Shown here: positions 40,146 to 52,800 of the stretch, piece after piece
Numbering within the stretch: position 1 is the stretch's first letter
Layout of the letters: every line of letters starts with the position of its first letter
Source of the DNA: Massalongia carnosa
Taxonomy: Eukaryota
Length of the DNA stretch: 64,000 bases
Reading direction: 5' to 3'
NCBI GenBank assembly: GCA_965645245.1
Contig: OZ287070.1
Span: 2,480,001-2,544,000, forward strand
The notes under the pieces: model-generated
What the model was told of the DNA's origin: nothing
The model's database searches: none
Seen by the model: only the letters and a program-made list of their open reading frames with translations
Program-made: the position numbers and the translations under genes

Positions 40146-42914
40146 GATGGCGAGGTTGGACGTTGCGAGGGCGGAGGAAGCGGGTGGGTTGGACGGCACG
40201 ATGATGCAGATTGACAATGATACAGACACATGGAGAGGAGGGTTGGGGAGTAGCACATGGTGAGCCCCTGAGGCAGCTGAGGGAGATTTTTCGCCGTTAT
40301 AGTGTCATTCTGTCAATCTGACATGATTTCGTTCTCAGCCACCGTCTCCGCCCCTGTTGAATGTTTATTAATGTTCGACCAATCCGGTAAGGACGGTAAT
40401 GATGTGATCGGCGTTTGGTGTTTTGTGTTTTGAGTTTTGTATTTTCGTACCATACGGGTATCCTAGTGCTGGGTAAGTTTATGTATCAAACCCTGAACAA
40501 CGCAAATTCTGGAATGCGCATCATCGTCCTGATGCATGGTTCATGAGCCCGCAAAGATTCCCTTTCGTTTGATGTCCATTTGTCTTCCGAGTGAAGCAAA
40601 ACACCGCGGATCGAGCTGTGTTCGGTACAGAGTGGTACAAAGTCCGCCGTACGACACCATACGAATCCCTTGGCAAAGGGACATAGCGTATGCACAGATG
40701 CCAATTCACACTTCACTTTCCTCCATACAGGCGACGTTTACCACCATGTTCGGCACTCCATTTGGCTTTCGGCCCTTCCTCTTCGGGTGCCAAGGAACCA
40801 ATATTCCCCTGAAAACGTGCTCCATTAGTCCCAAAAATCAAACCCAAAGAAAAAACCCCCAAAACTCCAAAAACCCCAAAAATTCAAGAAGACATCGAAT
40901 GTTGGCTACTTTCCGACTTCGTGCAACGGTCTTGATTGCATACTCGGTACATGGACAGAGTAGAGTACAGAGGATGCGAACATGAAAACACGTCTTGTTA
41001 CCGAATCTGGCCTCACGTCTTTTGTAAATACCTTGTACATGAAATACGGCCTTCTTTATTGTGCCGGTGCTGTACCGTCGTCTGGACAGTATATGTAACT
41101 TCGTAGTAAAGGTGTTCGTCCAGATTCTGCAGGCTCATGACAACGATCTCTTGTAGTGATCCTTTCGTTGACTCATTCCAATGGGAAATTACGTTGCGGC
41201 GATTTCATCGTCTATTTCAGGTCGAAACTCGTCGCTCCTGCAGAGTACTGCAGAGTACTCCATCTACATCCTTGGAACCAACGTCCACACCCGTCTCATG
41301 TACATAAGCACACCCGGCCGAATGAAGCTTTGAACGCGCAGGCCAAAGGGAGGTAGTTAGGCCCTTAGAAAGCAAGCATCTCACGCAATATTGAATGATG
41401 ACCATGACACGAACTGGATAAAAGACCAATGAGCGATCATCCAAACCGTGGCCAATACCCAAGTTTGAAACGTTTTCGACCTACAACCGCCGGCAACGAT
41501 GGAAATACCAATGTCGCCCAATGACATCGAAATGTTAGCAGCATTTCGTCGAATAGTTCCGCAAAGCGTATACGCTCGAATGCAGTCGGCGTTTGCTTTA
41601 GTGATCACGGATTGTAAAACGTTTCTCTCCCTGGCCACCAGACTGACGTCCTCCAATGATCTTCCCAAGGTCGGCTGGATTAGTATTCTTCCGTTACGGT
41701 CTTGAAACCCCGTCTGGCTGTGGTCTTTACAAAAGCACTAGAACCGAGTGAGTGGAGTCTTGTCTCCGAAGAGCCGTCCACCATCAGTCTACGCATCTCC
41801 TCTTCACATTCCTTCACAGCTCCCGGGACACTGGTAGCCTTTGGTCATCCATATTCTGCTAAGGCCGTAAGCCCAGCCATTAATGCTACCACTTAGAATT
41901 CACAGGATAGAAGTCAGAAAGGAGAAAGAGGGGTATTAACGTTTATTGTGGAGGTACAGACTAAGACTATGCATGTTGGGGTTCCTGGATACCTCAGGTC
42001 TAAAGAGGAGCGTCCAAGAAAGATAACTAGGCTCGCTTGACAGTATCTATATCTTCATTATCTGTATCACTGTTTGCTGTATAGGAGTTTTTTAAGTCAG
42101 CCTTCGTTTCGATATCGGTGTTCTTCGTTTTCAACGACCTCGGTTGTCAAAAAGCTCACTTTTGAAGAAGGTTGTAGAAGGGAAAACTCTAGAGACTTAT
42201 GACTTGACATTCAGGTCAACTCTGAACCCTCCAGGAAAAGACAATATTCTCGGATTACTAAACGCATGGTGCGTTTCGAGTATCGTCGTTCTATTGTTGT
42301 TGTTTTTAAATAAAAAAGATCTCAACGATCTTAGTCTGTGTCGTTGAATGAAATTTATTCTTGATTCTTGAGAGCATAGAGTGTCGAAGGTAAGCAATGT
42401 TGTATGTTTTATAAGAATGAACGTTGACGCAACCGAAATATTTATTTATTTAATAATGACATTATTAAACGGGTTCCAACAAAGAGCAACCCTTCATAGA
42501 TGGACCACCTGTCCTCCGACTCTTGTTTTATGCTGTTTTCTTATTCAACTCAATCTTCAGTTTGCCTATCATGTATGCCTGGATAAGCTATCAGCTGGCT
42601 TGTGAAGAACGTACCTACGGAATTGTTATTCTGACATGTAATAGGTATCACTCGCTGGCAATCAAAGCAGCTTAAAAACTCATGCATCGTGTCAGTTTTC
42701 ATTCCAGATTTCTCATGTCTCAATGCCAGCGTCACGGTTTTTCAAGAGACAAAGCACCAAGGACTCGATTTTTTTTTGATTAGTCTTCAGCATATATAAA
42801 CAATGCACTTAATTTTTCTTATCTTGTCTCATTTCTCCTTCATCCCCCCTTTTCTCCCGTGCTGCTTCTTGTCCTCCACCATCATATTTCATATTTCATT
42901 ACCCTTCAAACTTC

Positions 42915-42922
42915 TATAAAAA
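42915..42922 (+). promoter_or_regulatory. TATA box upstream of microprotein gene 1
   Basis: TATAAAAA in the context TTCTATAAAAAC, 128 bp before the ATG; the same 12-mer precedes microprotein gene 3. Confidence 0.5.
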
Positions 42923-43042
42923 CATCAGTAGCTTTCACTCGAGAACCTTTCACCTCCACATCATCACTCAATTCAACTACTCATATCTCAAATCCTCAAG
43001 ATCCCCTCAAAAATCTAGATAATCACACTACCGAATCAAACC

Positions 43043-43225
43043 ATGATGGACGATATCCTCTTCCGCCTCTTCGTCCTTCTGGTCTTCGTATATCTTTTTC
43101 TAGTCAGTTATATGATACGCGTCACACATATAGCCATAGAAGAGATAGAGGAATCGGAGTTCCGTGTTCCAGCCCTGCTACAAGAGCAGAGCGAGCGCGA
43201 GCGGGATCAGGAATCTAGGAAATAG
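43043..43225 (+). CDS. Putative 60-aa single-pass membrane microprotein 1 (MMDDILFRLFVLLVFVYLFLVSYMIRVTHIAIEEIEESEF...)
   Basis: Strong start context CAAACCATG, upstream TATA, one hydrophobic helix and a charged tail. DNA and protein similarity to 44026-44214. Confidence 0.6.
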   Translation: MMDDILFRLFVLLVFVYLFLVSYMIRVTHIAIEEIEESEFRVPALLQEQSERERDQESRK

Positions 43226-44025
43226 GGGCTGGGGCTTTGCGGGGTTGGTTGATAGCTTTATTTTGGAGAATTGCTTGATAGTTAAGCGGTTCCAGGAAAA
43301 AGTCAGCTAAATTGAGATACAGTTATTTGTTTACGACCTGTTTCTCGCTTTAGATTCGATCAGCGCAGACTTCATTTAGTTACGTTCCTACTGCTTTACA
43401 TCAAGCTAGGGTAGTTCCGAAAAAAACGTGGTTCACCTAATCTGCATGAAGTCTTATAACTTATAATCCAATGTTATGTACCTTGTACCTAAACCTTCGC
43501 CCAGAAGCCGGAAAGAGGAAATGTCATGTTCATTGACTCGCCCCGTTGACTTGTCTACATTCTCGATCTTTTTTATTTTAATTTCTTTCATCCTGGTCAC
43601 ACGTTGTGTTGGGGTCTTTGTTGTGTCTTTTTCGTCAATCATCGCTTATTGAGTCTTTTGAAATGTTCCCCGAGAGGTAATAAGACCTTCGAACTTGCGA
43701 ATATGAGAGTTGAGCAAGAAACTGCAAGTAAGTCCAGATAAGGAAAATACTGCGTTACGAAGTGACACAGCGATGTTGTATTTTTATCATTTCTTCTCTA
43801 CAGTTCCTTTGATTCGTTTCCCCCTTTTTGTTCCCATCTCCTTCTGATTCCTCAAGCCATTATTCCCGTCTTTCGTCTCCAGTCCCGATTCCCAACCATC
43901 ACTATTTCTTCCCCCCCTCCCCCCATTTTCCATCCTCAATCCCTTATGAAACCTCATCCTTCTTCACCCCTCTAACCATTCAAAAAAAAATCTATCTTCC
44001 TTTCCCACAACCGCAAACACACCCA

Positions 44026-44214
44026 ATGGCTCCCAAATACCAGCAAACCGCAAGGTCTATACCAACCGATGACCTTATCTGCATCCTCCTGATCCTTCTG
44101 GTTTTCTTTGCTCTTGCCCTAGCTCTGATGTGGTTGGTGGAGCTCCTGATACGCGTCTATTTGCTGCCCATCAGGCAGGAGAAAAGGGGGTGGGAGGCGG
44201 GGAAGATGGTTTAG
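44026..44214 (+). CDS. Putative 62-aa single-pass membrane microprotein 2 (MAPKYQQTARSIPTDDLICILLILLVFFALALALMWLVELLIRVYLLPIRQEKRGWEAGKMV)
   Basis: ATG-initiated 3' half of track ORF 43828-44214. Shares DD...LLVF...IRV with microprotein 1 and P-x-[DE][DE]L...L[VA]EL with microprotein 3. Confidence 0.6.
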   Translation: MAPKYQQTARSIPTDDLICILLILLVFFALALALMWLVELLIRVYLLPIRQEKRGWEAGKMV

Positions 44215-44739
44215 TAAGGGGGGGGGGGTTGGGGTAAACGGGATTAGGGGAGCCGAGTTTAGAGGACTGGCTTTTTTTATCGAACTTGGAGACTTAACGG
44301 TCTAGCTTGAAGTTCTTGAGCACTTTTTTTCTGACCCTAAGTCTTGTCTTTTTCGGATTTTTCTGGAAAATTTTTTTTTCTCCGACACCTAAACTCCCCC
44401 AACTCCAACACCCGCACGGCTTTTCCTTTCCCGGACAGGACACAGCGTTTGGTCATATCCCGTGATGTATCAAGAGATAGATAGGTCATGGTTTTTTTCT
44501 TTCCAAAAAATCCAGATGAGACACTTCTTTCTAACCTATCGATTGAGGGTCTTTACAATTTCATTGTTCTCTCCTTGGTGGTCGATTACAGCGATTGCTC
44601 TCGGCAAGTAGGCTACTCGGAAATCTGTTCGCTAGGTTCGCTCTTTTAATCTATCGGTCTTTGTTCTTCCCTTGTCCCCATTTTCCCCTATTGTCTCCTT
44701 CTCTTAATCTCTTTCTTTCACATACCCTCTCTGTCTTTC

Positions 44740-44747
44740 TATAAAAA
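44740..44747 (+). promoter_or_regulatory. TATA box upstream of microprotein gene 3
   Basis: TTCTATAAAAAC, identical to the 12-mer before gene 1. Confidence 0.5.
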
Positions 44748-44793
44748 CCCCTCCAGCCATCCTTTTCAAATCCTTTTCTCTCTCATCTATTGT

Positions 44794-44870
44794 CACCATC
44801 ACCACCATCTCAATCACCACCACCACCATCTCAATCACCACCACCACCTCAATCACTACCACCACCACCA
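44794..44870. repeat. Imperfect (CAC)n-CATCTCAAT tandem repeat in the putative 5' leader of microprotein gene 3
   Basis: About 3-4 units of CACCACCAC(CAC)CATCTCAAT. Confidence 0.7.
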
Positions 44871-44936
44871 ACAGCATCTCTCACACCATTATCATCATCG
44901 TCATCTCCATCTCCACCACTAAAACCTACATAGACC

Positions 44937-45074
44937 ATGGCTCTCCCATCCTGCGAAGAACTCCTCCTCGTTCTGATATTTCTCTTCTCTTTGATCGTGA
45001 TCCTGTTCTTGCTCGAGTTAGCGGAACTAGATAGAATTATTGCCGAGAATGCCGATGAAGGCTTGCCGTATTGA
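44937..45074 (+). CDS. Putative 45-aa single-pass membrane microprotein 3 (MALPSCEELLLVLIFLFSLIVILFLLELAELDRIIAENADEGLPY)
   Basis: Below the ORF-track cutoff and translated by hand. Optimal context GACCATGG, upstream TATA, acidic pair then an 18-residue hydrophobic stretch and acidic tail. Confidence 0.55.
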   Translation: MALPSCEELLLVLIFLFSLIVILFLLELAELDRIIAENADEGLPY

Positions 45075-46298
45075 GGAAATTGGTAAAGAGAAATGGGTGG
45101 TAGGGGTTGGTGGATTTTGGTGGTAGGAAGGTAGGTAAAGCTAGTAAGTAAGTAGGTAAGTAGGTGGTGAGCGCTAGGAGGCTGGTTTTGCGAATTTGCC
45201 GTGATGTTGCTCAGATTTTTGGAGTGGAAAAGGAAGAAATACTGAAATTTATAGTCGGGAGATTTAGCGCTCTTCTCGCGTAAGTCATAGAGTTGATAAA
45301 TACTACTTTCCCCTGCTATGTTTCCTATTTTTGAAATCTCTACCGGCAGATATTCTTTCATACACAGCGGATGTAGAAGAAATCAAGCCCAAGTTTCGCA
45401 CAATACCTACATGTAAAAGTCTAGAATGCAAAAACAGAAAAACCGTGAGAAAGAGGAATGAAGTCGAAGCGCTTGGTTCAACGTATTATTTATAGTGTAG
45501 CAGATGTTGCGCTTGAGGTGTGCTGAATATAGGATTGGGAGGTTGATTGATGATGGTGGGTGATGAGCATCCCCTTGTAATATCTTTTCATGATGTAACG
45601 ACACTTTTCTCGAGGAGACTATAGAGACCAGGCGATTTTACTATTCGAGGTTATTCAAAAAGATTCTCCAGAAAAACGGAGACTGGTCATAGAAAACAGC
45701 GTGCTTTAGAAAAAAACAACAATGCCTTTCAGCCAGATTCGCAGAGAGGGAAGAACGCCTTTTTCTCTTCACGGAAGTGATCATAGGATATGTAAAAGCA
45801 GAAGGACTTCAACGCATTAATAGAAGCTCGGTCATGGCGAGTTCCTTTTGGGAAATGTGCGACATGCTATTTACATATGACACTAATCGCAAACGTTATA
45901 GTCATCCCCCGCTGGAAAGAGGGAAAACTAGTATCTAGAGGCGATAAAAAAAAAGGGAATACATAGCTAAAAATGTAATTTGCACTCATAACGTAAAGTG
46001 AACTGCTAAGCGTGTATCATCACTCTCTATTTCTTTATGATCTATTTCCCAATCCGAAATCTAACAGTCGCTGTGCATGTTTAAAATACGTGGAAAGAAA
46101 ATGTGCTGTAATAGGAAAGCGGAAATTTTGCCTTTTGAAGGTCGTCTTTGAAAAAGTATGAAGAAATGGGAGGTTGGAAATAATGGGATAGAGAGGAGAA
46201 GACGCAAGGGGGGCGGGAGGATGAAGAGTTGAAGTTAATCAAACTTTATCTGAACCACCAAGCTATCGAATCCTAGTATCGACGACGGCTTCGCCTTT

Positions 46299-47904
46299 TC
46301 AAACGTCGTGCTTTGTTCTCGTTCTTGTCAGCATTATCGGAACCTGAATAGCATAGATAGGGCTCCTTACAACTCTCGGTAATCTCATTCGTTGTCTTCG
46401 TTGTCTTAGCCTCTTCGTTTGTGTTTCGTCGGCGGGGGTCTCACCATTCTGCACCTCTCCCTCTGCTTCCTCCTCCTCGTTCTCTTCGCCCTCTTGTTCT
46501 CCTTCCTCTCCTTCCTCCTCACCAGCTTCTCGGTACTCGCCAACCTCAGCATTTGCAGCAGTATTCCGCGATACATCTCGAGCCGCAACCCATGCCTCAT
46601 GCCCTGGCGCGCCAGGAAGATTATTCGTATGATAACGACAATCAGACTTGTGATGCTGGTTTCCACGGTGGGCAATACGTTTATAATCAGCATAGCAAAT
46701 CCAACAGTATTGATGCTTGCAACGGGGACCTGTACTCGAAACATTTCACGTAAGTCGGTATCTCAAATAAAAATCAGTAAAAAAGGCGGAGAACGCACAA
46801 GTCATATGGTCACACCCCGAGACCTTCTTCCCACGCACCCCGCAGTTAGGACACAGTTTAGAATTCTTTCGTAGGTATTGTGAGGCTGCATTCTCGTCTT
46901 TCTCGACCGCTTCCGCGCGTTGGGCTTGGATCTCAGCGCACGGGATTTCCGGATGCCAGACGATGTCACACGCGATGCAGGTATGCCCACCACAATCTCG
47001 GCATATCATGTAGCTATCCTCGAGCGGGAAACAGTGCTGGCCCGAGTTGCAATTTGGAAGCCAGCAGCGCTGAAATTGCCCAGCTGATAGGCAGGCTTCG
47101 AGGGAATGACTATCGTACCTGATGAACCAAGTGTAAGCAAGGACCTTTCTTCTTCGCATTAAGATAGAAAAGTATTTTAGATTACCTTTCGAAGATAGTT
47201 GGCTCTGCAAATAATTTCACGTCATGGTGTTCGAGGCGTTCGTTGCATGAGGGGCAGCTAATTTGATCCCAAAGCTTGCTGGTGAACTGCGAAGAAATTG
47301 ATTGGCGGATACATCCGAGGCAGACATTCGCTCCGTGAGTACACGATGCGGTAATTTTGCGCTTCGGGAAAAGCCTCGCGTTCAAGGTCTCCAAGCAGAC
47401 ACTACATACTTGGCTTGTATAGTTTTCGCCGATAGCGGCTGAAGCCTGAGCTGGATGTGATGAGATTGGGTTAGACTCAGCTGAAAAGGGCCCAATCTTG
47501 GTTGACCCATAGGTATCGAAATCCTCTTCTTCCTCTCCCGTGTCATCATCTTCATCGAATGTGTATGCTCTCTTCTCTCTCGATTTAGGCTTCGGCATGA
47601 TTAATTCGCTCCATGTTGAGGGAGAAGAATATGAAAAAGGTTCCACTCGTTGCCAGCGTCGGGCTAGTGACCGGGCTGATTGGTAACCGCAAATCGATAT
47701 ACGGTCTACAGGTGAAAGATCGTGTTCCCGGCAAAGCCTGGCGAGCAGGCGCATCAAGGAAATCTTGGGCGTATCCTGTGGATATCCTATCTCGTAAAAA
47801 CCAAGTACTTTGTGTAGATCTTGAATTCTCCAACATTTCCAGCTGCAGCCAAGCAACGAAGCCGGTATTTGAAGTATCTTATACTGCGTTTCTAGAGGGG
47901 TCAT
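46299..47904 (-). CDS. RBR (RING1-IBR-RING2) E3 ubiquitin ligase, exons 47904-47186, 47118-46799, 46729-46299
   Basis: RING1 CSVC...CTH...CLGC...CPSC. IBR C-WLPN-C...CRDC...CIAC...WH...C. RING2 CPNC...GCDHMTCPRCKHQYCWIC with the catalytic Cys. Acidic tail; 3' end uncertain. Confidence 0.85.
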
Positions 47905-49380
47905 GATGTGAAGAGAGGTATTTTGTAACCAAGTAAGAGATAAAATACTCTTAAATTCTGAAAAAAAAAAGGTAATAGGAAGACTTAAACTTGCTCTAGA
48001 TATAATTTGAATATAACGAAATTCTAGATGAGATAGTGTGAACGTGAGGAGATGTGGATATGATTATTCAAGATAACTAGGCAGGCGACGTGCGATCCAA
48101 GGTAAAATGGCCGAGTCGATGAGGTGGCTGGAGGTTTATATAAGAAAAGCCTTAGCTAATTCACCTGTGGAAGAGAAGGTGATATCAAAGATTGATGTTA
48201 GTTATCGGGTTGTTTAAGGTATGAATGAAGTAGAGACCAACCTTGTCGAGTCTAGAACCAACGTAGATCCACGTTTTTAGAAGAGGTAAAGCTGAAGAGT
48301 GCATAATTTTTAGGCAGGAGAATAGACAACGAAGTATTCAGCAAAAAATATTTAGTTGACAGAACTTGGAGTCAACATATTTATTATTAAGGTGTAGCGT
48401 TGAAGTTTGTTTGATTGGAGAGTAGGATCATCGAGAGCAGCAAACTCGGTGAGACTCAATAGAATTTGGATTTTATTCAAAGCTAATATATTCTCACCAT
48501 AATGAAAGGAGAGAAGCCTTACCTTCTTCTCAAGGTATGTCAATGAGCTGATGATAGATCATATGATAGTCGTGGCAGAAAACAGCGGATATCAAATTCG
48601 ATCAAAAGCTTGAAAGAATGAATGAACTCCATAGCATGGGAGCCGAGGTGTAGTGGTATAAGGGAGTTGGGTGATGCGGAAGAAAAAATAATATTTCCGC
48701 TGCGTCTAGGAGAAAATTAACTCAAATGAAATTTAAACCCTTCGGCTAGAGAGCCATTGGAATAAAAACTTGCCATGTAATCTATTTAATCTCACTCCTG
48801 CACTATAGCCATTGGAAAAGAAGGTTTGCTCTGGAATTAGCCCGGAGCTGAAATAAAGGCTCTATATGTAAATTCGAAGGAGATCCAAGCCATTAACGAA
48901 TGCTACGTCTCCACGAGATTCGTCAGATTCCTGATAAAACCCACAACCTTTCTCACGAGGTTGCAAAGTGGAGTCGATAGCATCCCACTCTTTCGTTTCC
49001 GGAATCCCTAGAGTTAAATGACTTGGCTGTGTATTGAAAGCTACCATTGGTCGTTTTTCTATAGAGGTGACCTCTATCGCTAATCTTAACAATGGCCAGG
49101 ATGATCTTTCAGATATTTCCGGTGTGAATGACATTAGACCTGTTAAAGGTGATGATTGCGGCATTCTTCTAAATTGCTAAAATGTCGGGTTGGAAAGAAA
49201 AACCGGGAAAACGGAACCCTGGCTAGATAGAGTACATAACATGTAAGCCGTGGAAGAAGCTCTTATTTGAGCGCCATCAATCTAAAAAGAGGTGTGGATT
49301 AGTCTAGGCGTACTGCAAGTGACACAAGTTTGGGATTGCTCTATTGATGATCAGCCGCCCTTAAGTTGTCACAAGCCTCG

Positions 49381-49720
49381 TATTGTAATTGAAGCTCTGC
49401 TGGCATAGTAAAAAGCTCACTTTTGAAACGATTGATCTTTCTATCTACCTATCTAAGGACCGTGTTTATATAGATAGAAAAACATGCCGAAAACCATTCT
49501 CCCTATGACTCACCTTCCTGCTTCCTAGAAATCTAAGATTGGTGATTGACTCATATCCAATTTATGACTCGATGGGAATGTTCATAGAAGTTTTTGCGGT
49601 GCTTCTCGAGGTCGTTATGTGTTGCCTAATGTTCTTACCAACGCACTAATCCCAATGCGGTACTATGTGACTCTGAACACTTTACTAGGCATCAGCCGGG
49701 TGACTTTGCACATTACAACA
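49381..49720 (-). repeat. 3' LTR (340 bp)
   Basis: Direct repeat of 54249-54588; no mismatch found by eye. Confidence 0.95.
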
Positions 49721-49838
49721 CTCCCACTGCAAAGTTGCCAGGTGAGTAATAATATCCTAAACGCCGGTTTCCAATCTGATTTTGTGTGGCCTATGTGGTC
49801 AATTTAGGTGGCCTTATGATGAAGCGTCCTCCATCTTC

Positions 49839-52800
49839 CTATGCCTCTCTTAGGCCTAATTTCTCGCGCAACTTTCGAAAGATAGGTGCCGCCAGTGGTT
49901 TAGTGAAGATATCTGCCACCATATCGTGAGTGGATACGTGCTGTATAGTGGCATAGTTGTCTTCAACGACCTCCCGAAGATAATGAAGCTGAATATCCAT
50001 ATGTTTGGACCGACTATGGTGCTCAGGGTTTTTTATCAAATCGAGCGTACCCTGGTTGTCGCCATTTAGGATAATTGGTAGGTTCATATCTTTGGAGAAG
50101 TTCAACTCTCCGAACCATCTAGTTGCCCACACTATATCTTTTGAAGCCTGGCACATGGAAGAATACTCTGCTTCCATGGTGGATGTGACGACTGACCGTT
50201 GCCTCTTACTGGCCCATATAACTGCCCCGTTTCCTAGCATCAGAACGTGGCCATATGATGATTTTCTATCATGGTTATCACCATACGCTGCATCAGCATA
50301 ACTAGTGGGTCCGGTGTCATTGGGTTCGTAGGTAAGTGCCAAATTCGTGGTCCCATTCAGATATTTCATGAGATGGTCTACCGCGTTTCGGTGCCTAATT
50401 GCTGGATCGTGCGTATATTGACTAAGCTTTCCAACTGCTTGGGCAATGTCTGGTCGCGTGTTGATCATCAAAAACATCAAACTCCCTATCCGTTCTTGAT
50501 ATTCTAATTGGTTTGTCCTAGGTTCGTTGACGATGGCAGGACTGCATGCATCATAGTTGATCATAGGGGTAAGGACTGAATTTGCTTTATCCATCTTATA
50601 TTTCTGCAGGAAGCTGCGAATGTAAGATGATTGGTCAATCATTATTTTGTCTTTCTCGCGACGTATGCGAATCCCTAAGATGAACTTTGCTGGCCCTAAG
50701 TCTTTCATATTATATTCCTTTATTAGTAGACTTTTGAGCTCCTTTATGGCTGTCATGCTTTTGGAAAATATCAGAAAATCATCAACATAAAGGCTAATGA
50801 TAACGTGGGTAGTGTGATTAACGAACACACAATTGTCTCCTGAGAGCGCTTTGAAACCAATGGATGTTAGATAATTGGTTATCTTTTTATTCCATCCTCG
50901 GCCAGATTGTTTGAGACCATAGAGGCCTTTCAGAACGCGCAACACATGGTTCGTCAGATGTGGGGGAAGCACCAAGCCTTGGGGAGGCTCCATATAGATT
51001 TCGTCATCTAGGGAGCTTTGCAAGTATGCGTTTGGTGCGTCCATTTGCTCAATATGGAAGTTATATTTACATGCGAAATATAGGAGCATTCGTAAGGATT
51101 CATACCTTAGGGTGGGTGAAAACGTGTCCCCATAGTCTGTCCCGGGGATTTGTTTGAAGCCCCTTGCTACTAATCGTGCTTTATAGCGGTCAACATGGTT
51201 AGTAGGGGTGTATTTCACTTTGAAGACCCATCTAGCGGTGATGATGTTCTTATCTGCTGGTCTTTCAACATATTTCCATGTATTATTGGCGGCGAGAGCA
51301 TTTAATTCGTCTTGAATAGCAATTTTCCATTTGCGATGGTCAGTGCATTGCATGGCCTGATTATATGACTGCGGCTCGTACACTTTGGATGGTTGTTTTG
51401 CTATATTTGCCCGGTCCCGGTCCTTTTTGTTTCCATAAGAGTTATCGAATTCGTATCGGTTATACACATCTTTCCTGCGGTTGGAACGTCTGGTAGGTGA
51501 TGAAGAAGGGGTCCTATTTGTCTCCTGAGTTTGGTTGTTTTGGTGCTGGGCACCTGCATCATCTTGGTGCAGATTATCCTGAGCACCTGCATCATCATCC
51601 TGATGCTGAATACCATCGCCCTGGTGCTGATCACCATTAGTAGGAACTCCCACTTGATCAGTAGTAGGGTGGTTGGTTGGTGGTGAAGATTCATTGTCAT
51701 CGGAAGAGTCATCGTCATTTAGGACGACGGACGGGGATGATAGGCCTTTTGTAAGTAAGGATCCCCCCGGTCTTTTTTCATCAAACTTTATTGAAGTCTG
51801 AATTTCCACCTTTTTTGTTTCCACATTGTATAACCTATATTGATTGCTTGAATGATATCCGGTGAATATTGCCTGATATGACACATTATCTAGTTTGGAG
51901 CGTTTTTCCTTTGGGACATGCACAAAAGAGACGCATCCGAACGTACGAAGAGTGTTGATGTTAGGTCTTAGCCCGGTCCAAGACTCATTAGGCGACGTGG
52001 TGTTGGTGGTAGGTAAGAAGTTTCTGAGGTGGTTTGCTGCTACTGCTGCTTCCCCCCAGAAAGATTGTGGCAATTTGGCCCATACCAACATAGACCTTAC
52101 CATTTGAACAATGGTTCTATTGAATCTTTCGGCGACACCGTTCTGCTGGGGCGTGTATGCGGTGGTTGGCTCCATACGAATTCCTAATGGCTGAAGTTGC
52201 TCTGCGAGATATTTATACTCTTTGGCATTATCAGCACGAAAGCGAATGATTTTGAGCCCCTTTTCCAACTCGACCATTGCCTTCCAGTCTTTTATGATGC
52301 GGTATATGTCTGCCCTACTTTTCATACAGAAGAGCCAAGATTTTCGGGTATAGTCGTCTATCAAAGAAACGAAATAGGTATGCCCACCTAAACTGGCCTT
52401 CTTATATGGACCCCAAACGTCAGTATGTATTCTATCGAGTGGTCTATTTGCCTTCGAGAAAGGAATTTTGCTGATTGTACGGGTCATCTTAGTTAAATTG
52501 CAAATCTGGCACGGTAGGTCCAGAATTGCCTTTGAAAATTTCTTCCCTGTTGCTTGTTGAAGTCGTATATCATTGGGGTGCCCCAATCGTGTGTGCCATA
52601 ACCAATATTGGGCCTCATTGGTGGCCTCATTGGTGGTCTCTTTGGGTGCTCCCACTGGATCGCTATCGATGCAGTCAGGGGTAATAGGAGGAGGAGTTTT
52701 GGGTTGAATTTCGCCGGAGGAAAGCGAGGTCAGATATGTGGTTGATTTAAGGTTTGCCGGTGGTTCGGGGCCATCTAAATCATCATTTTCATCATGGGCT

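Noticed and set aside
38718..40263. Several overlapping ORFs over the GT71 gene
   Set aside because: Alternative-frame or antisense shadows in very GC-rich coding DNA.
41381..42400. Short protein-like minus-strand fragments
   Set aside because: Could be a gene relic but too fragmented to call.
44849..45361. 170-aa minus-strand ORF
   Set aside because: Runs through simple repeats and is antisense to microprotein 3, which has the TATA, start context and paralogues.
48640..48700. tRNA-like GTGTAGTGGTA
   Set aside because: No T-loop (GTTCRA) or acceptor-stem pairing.
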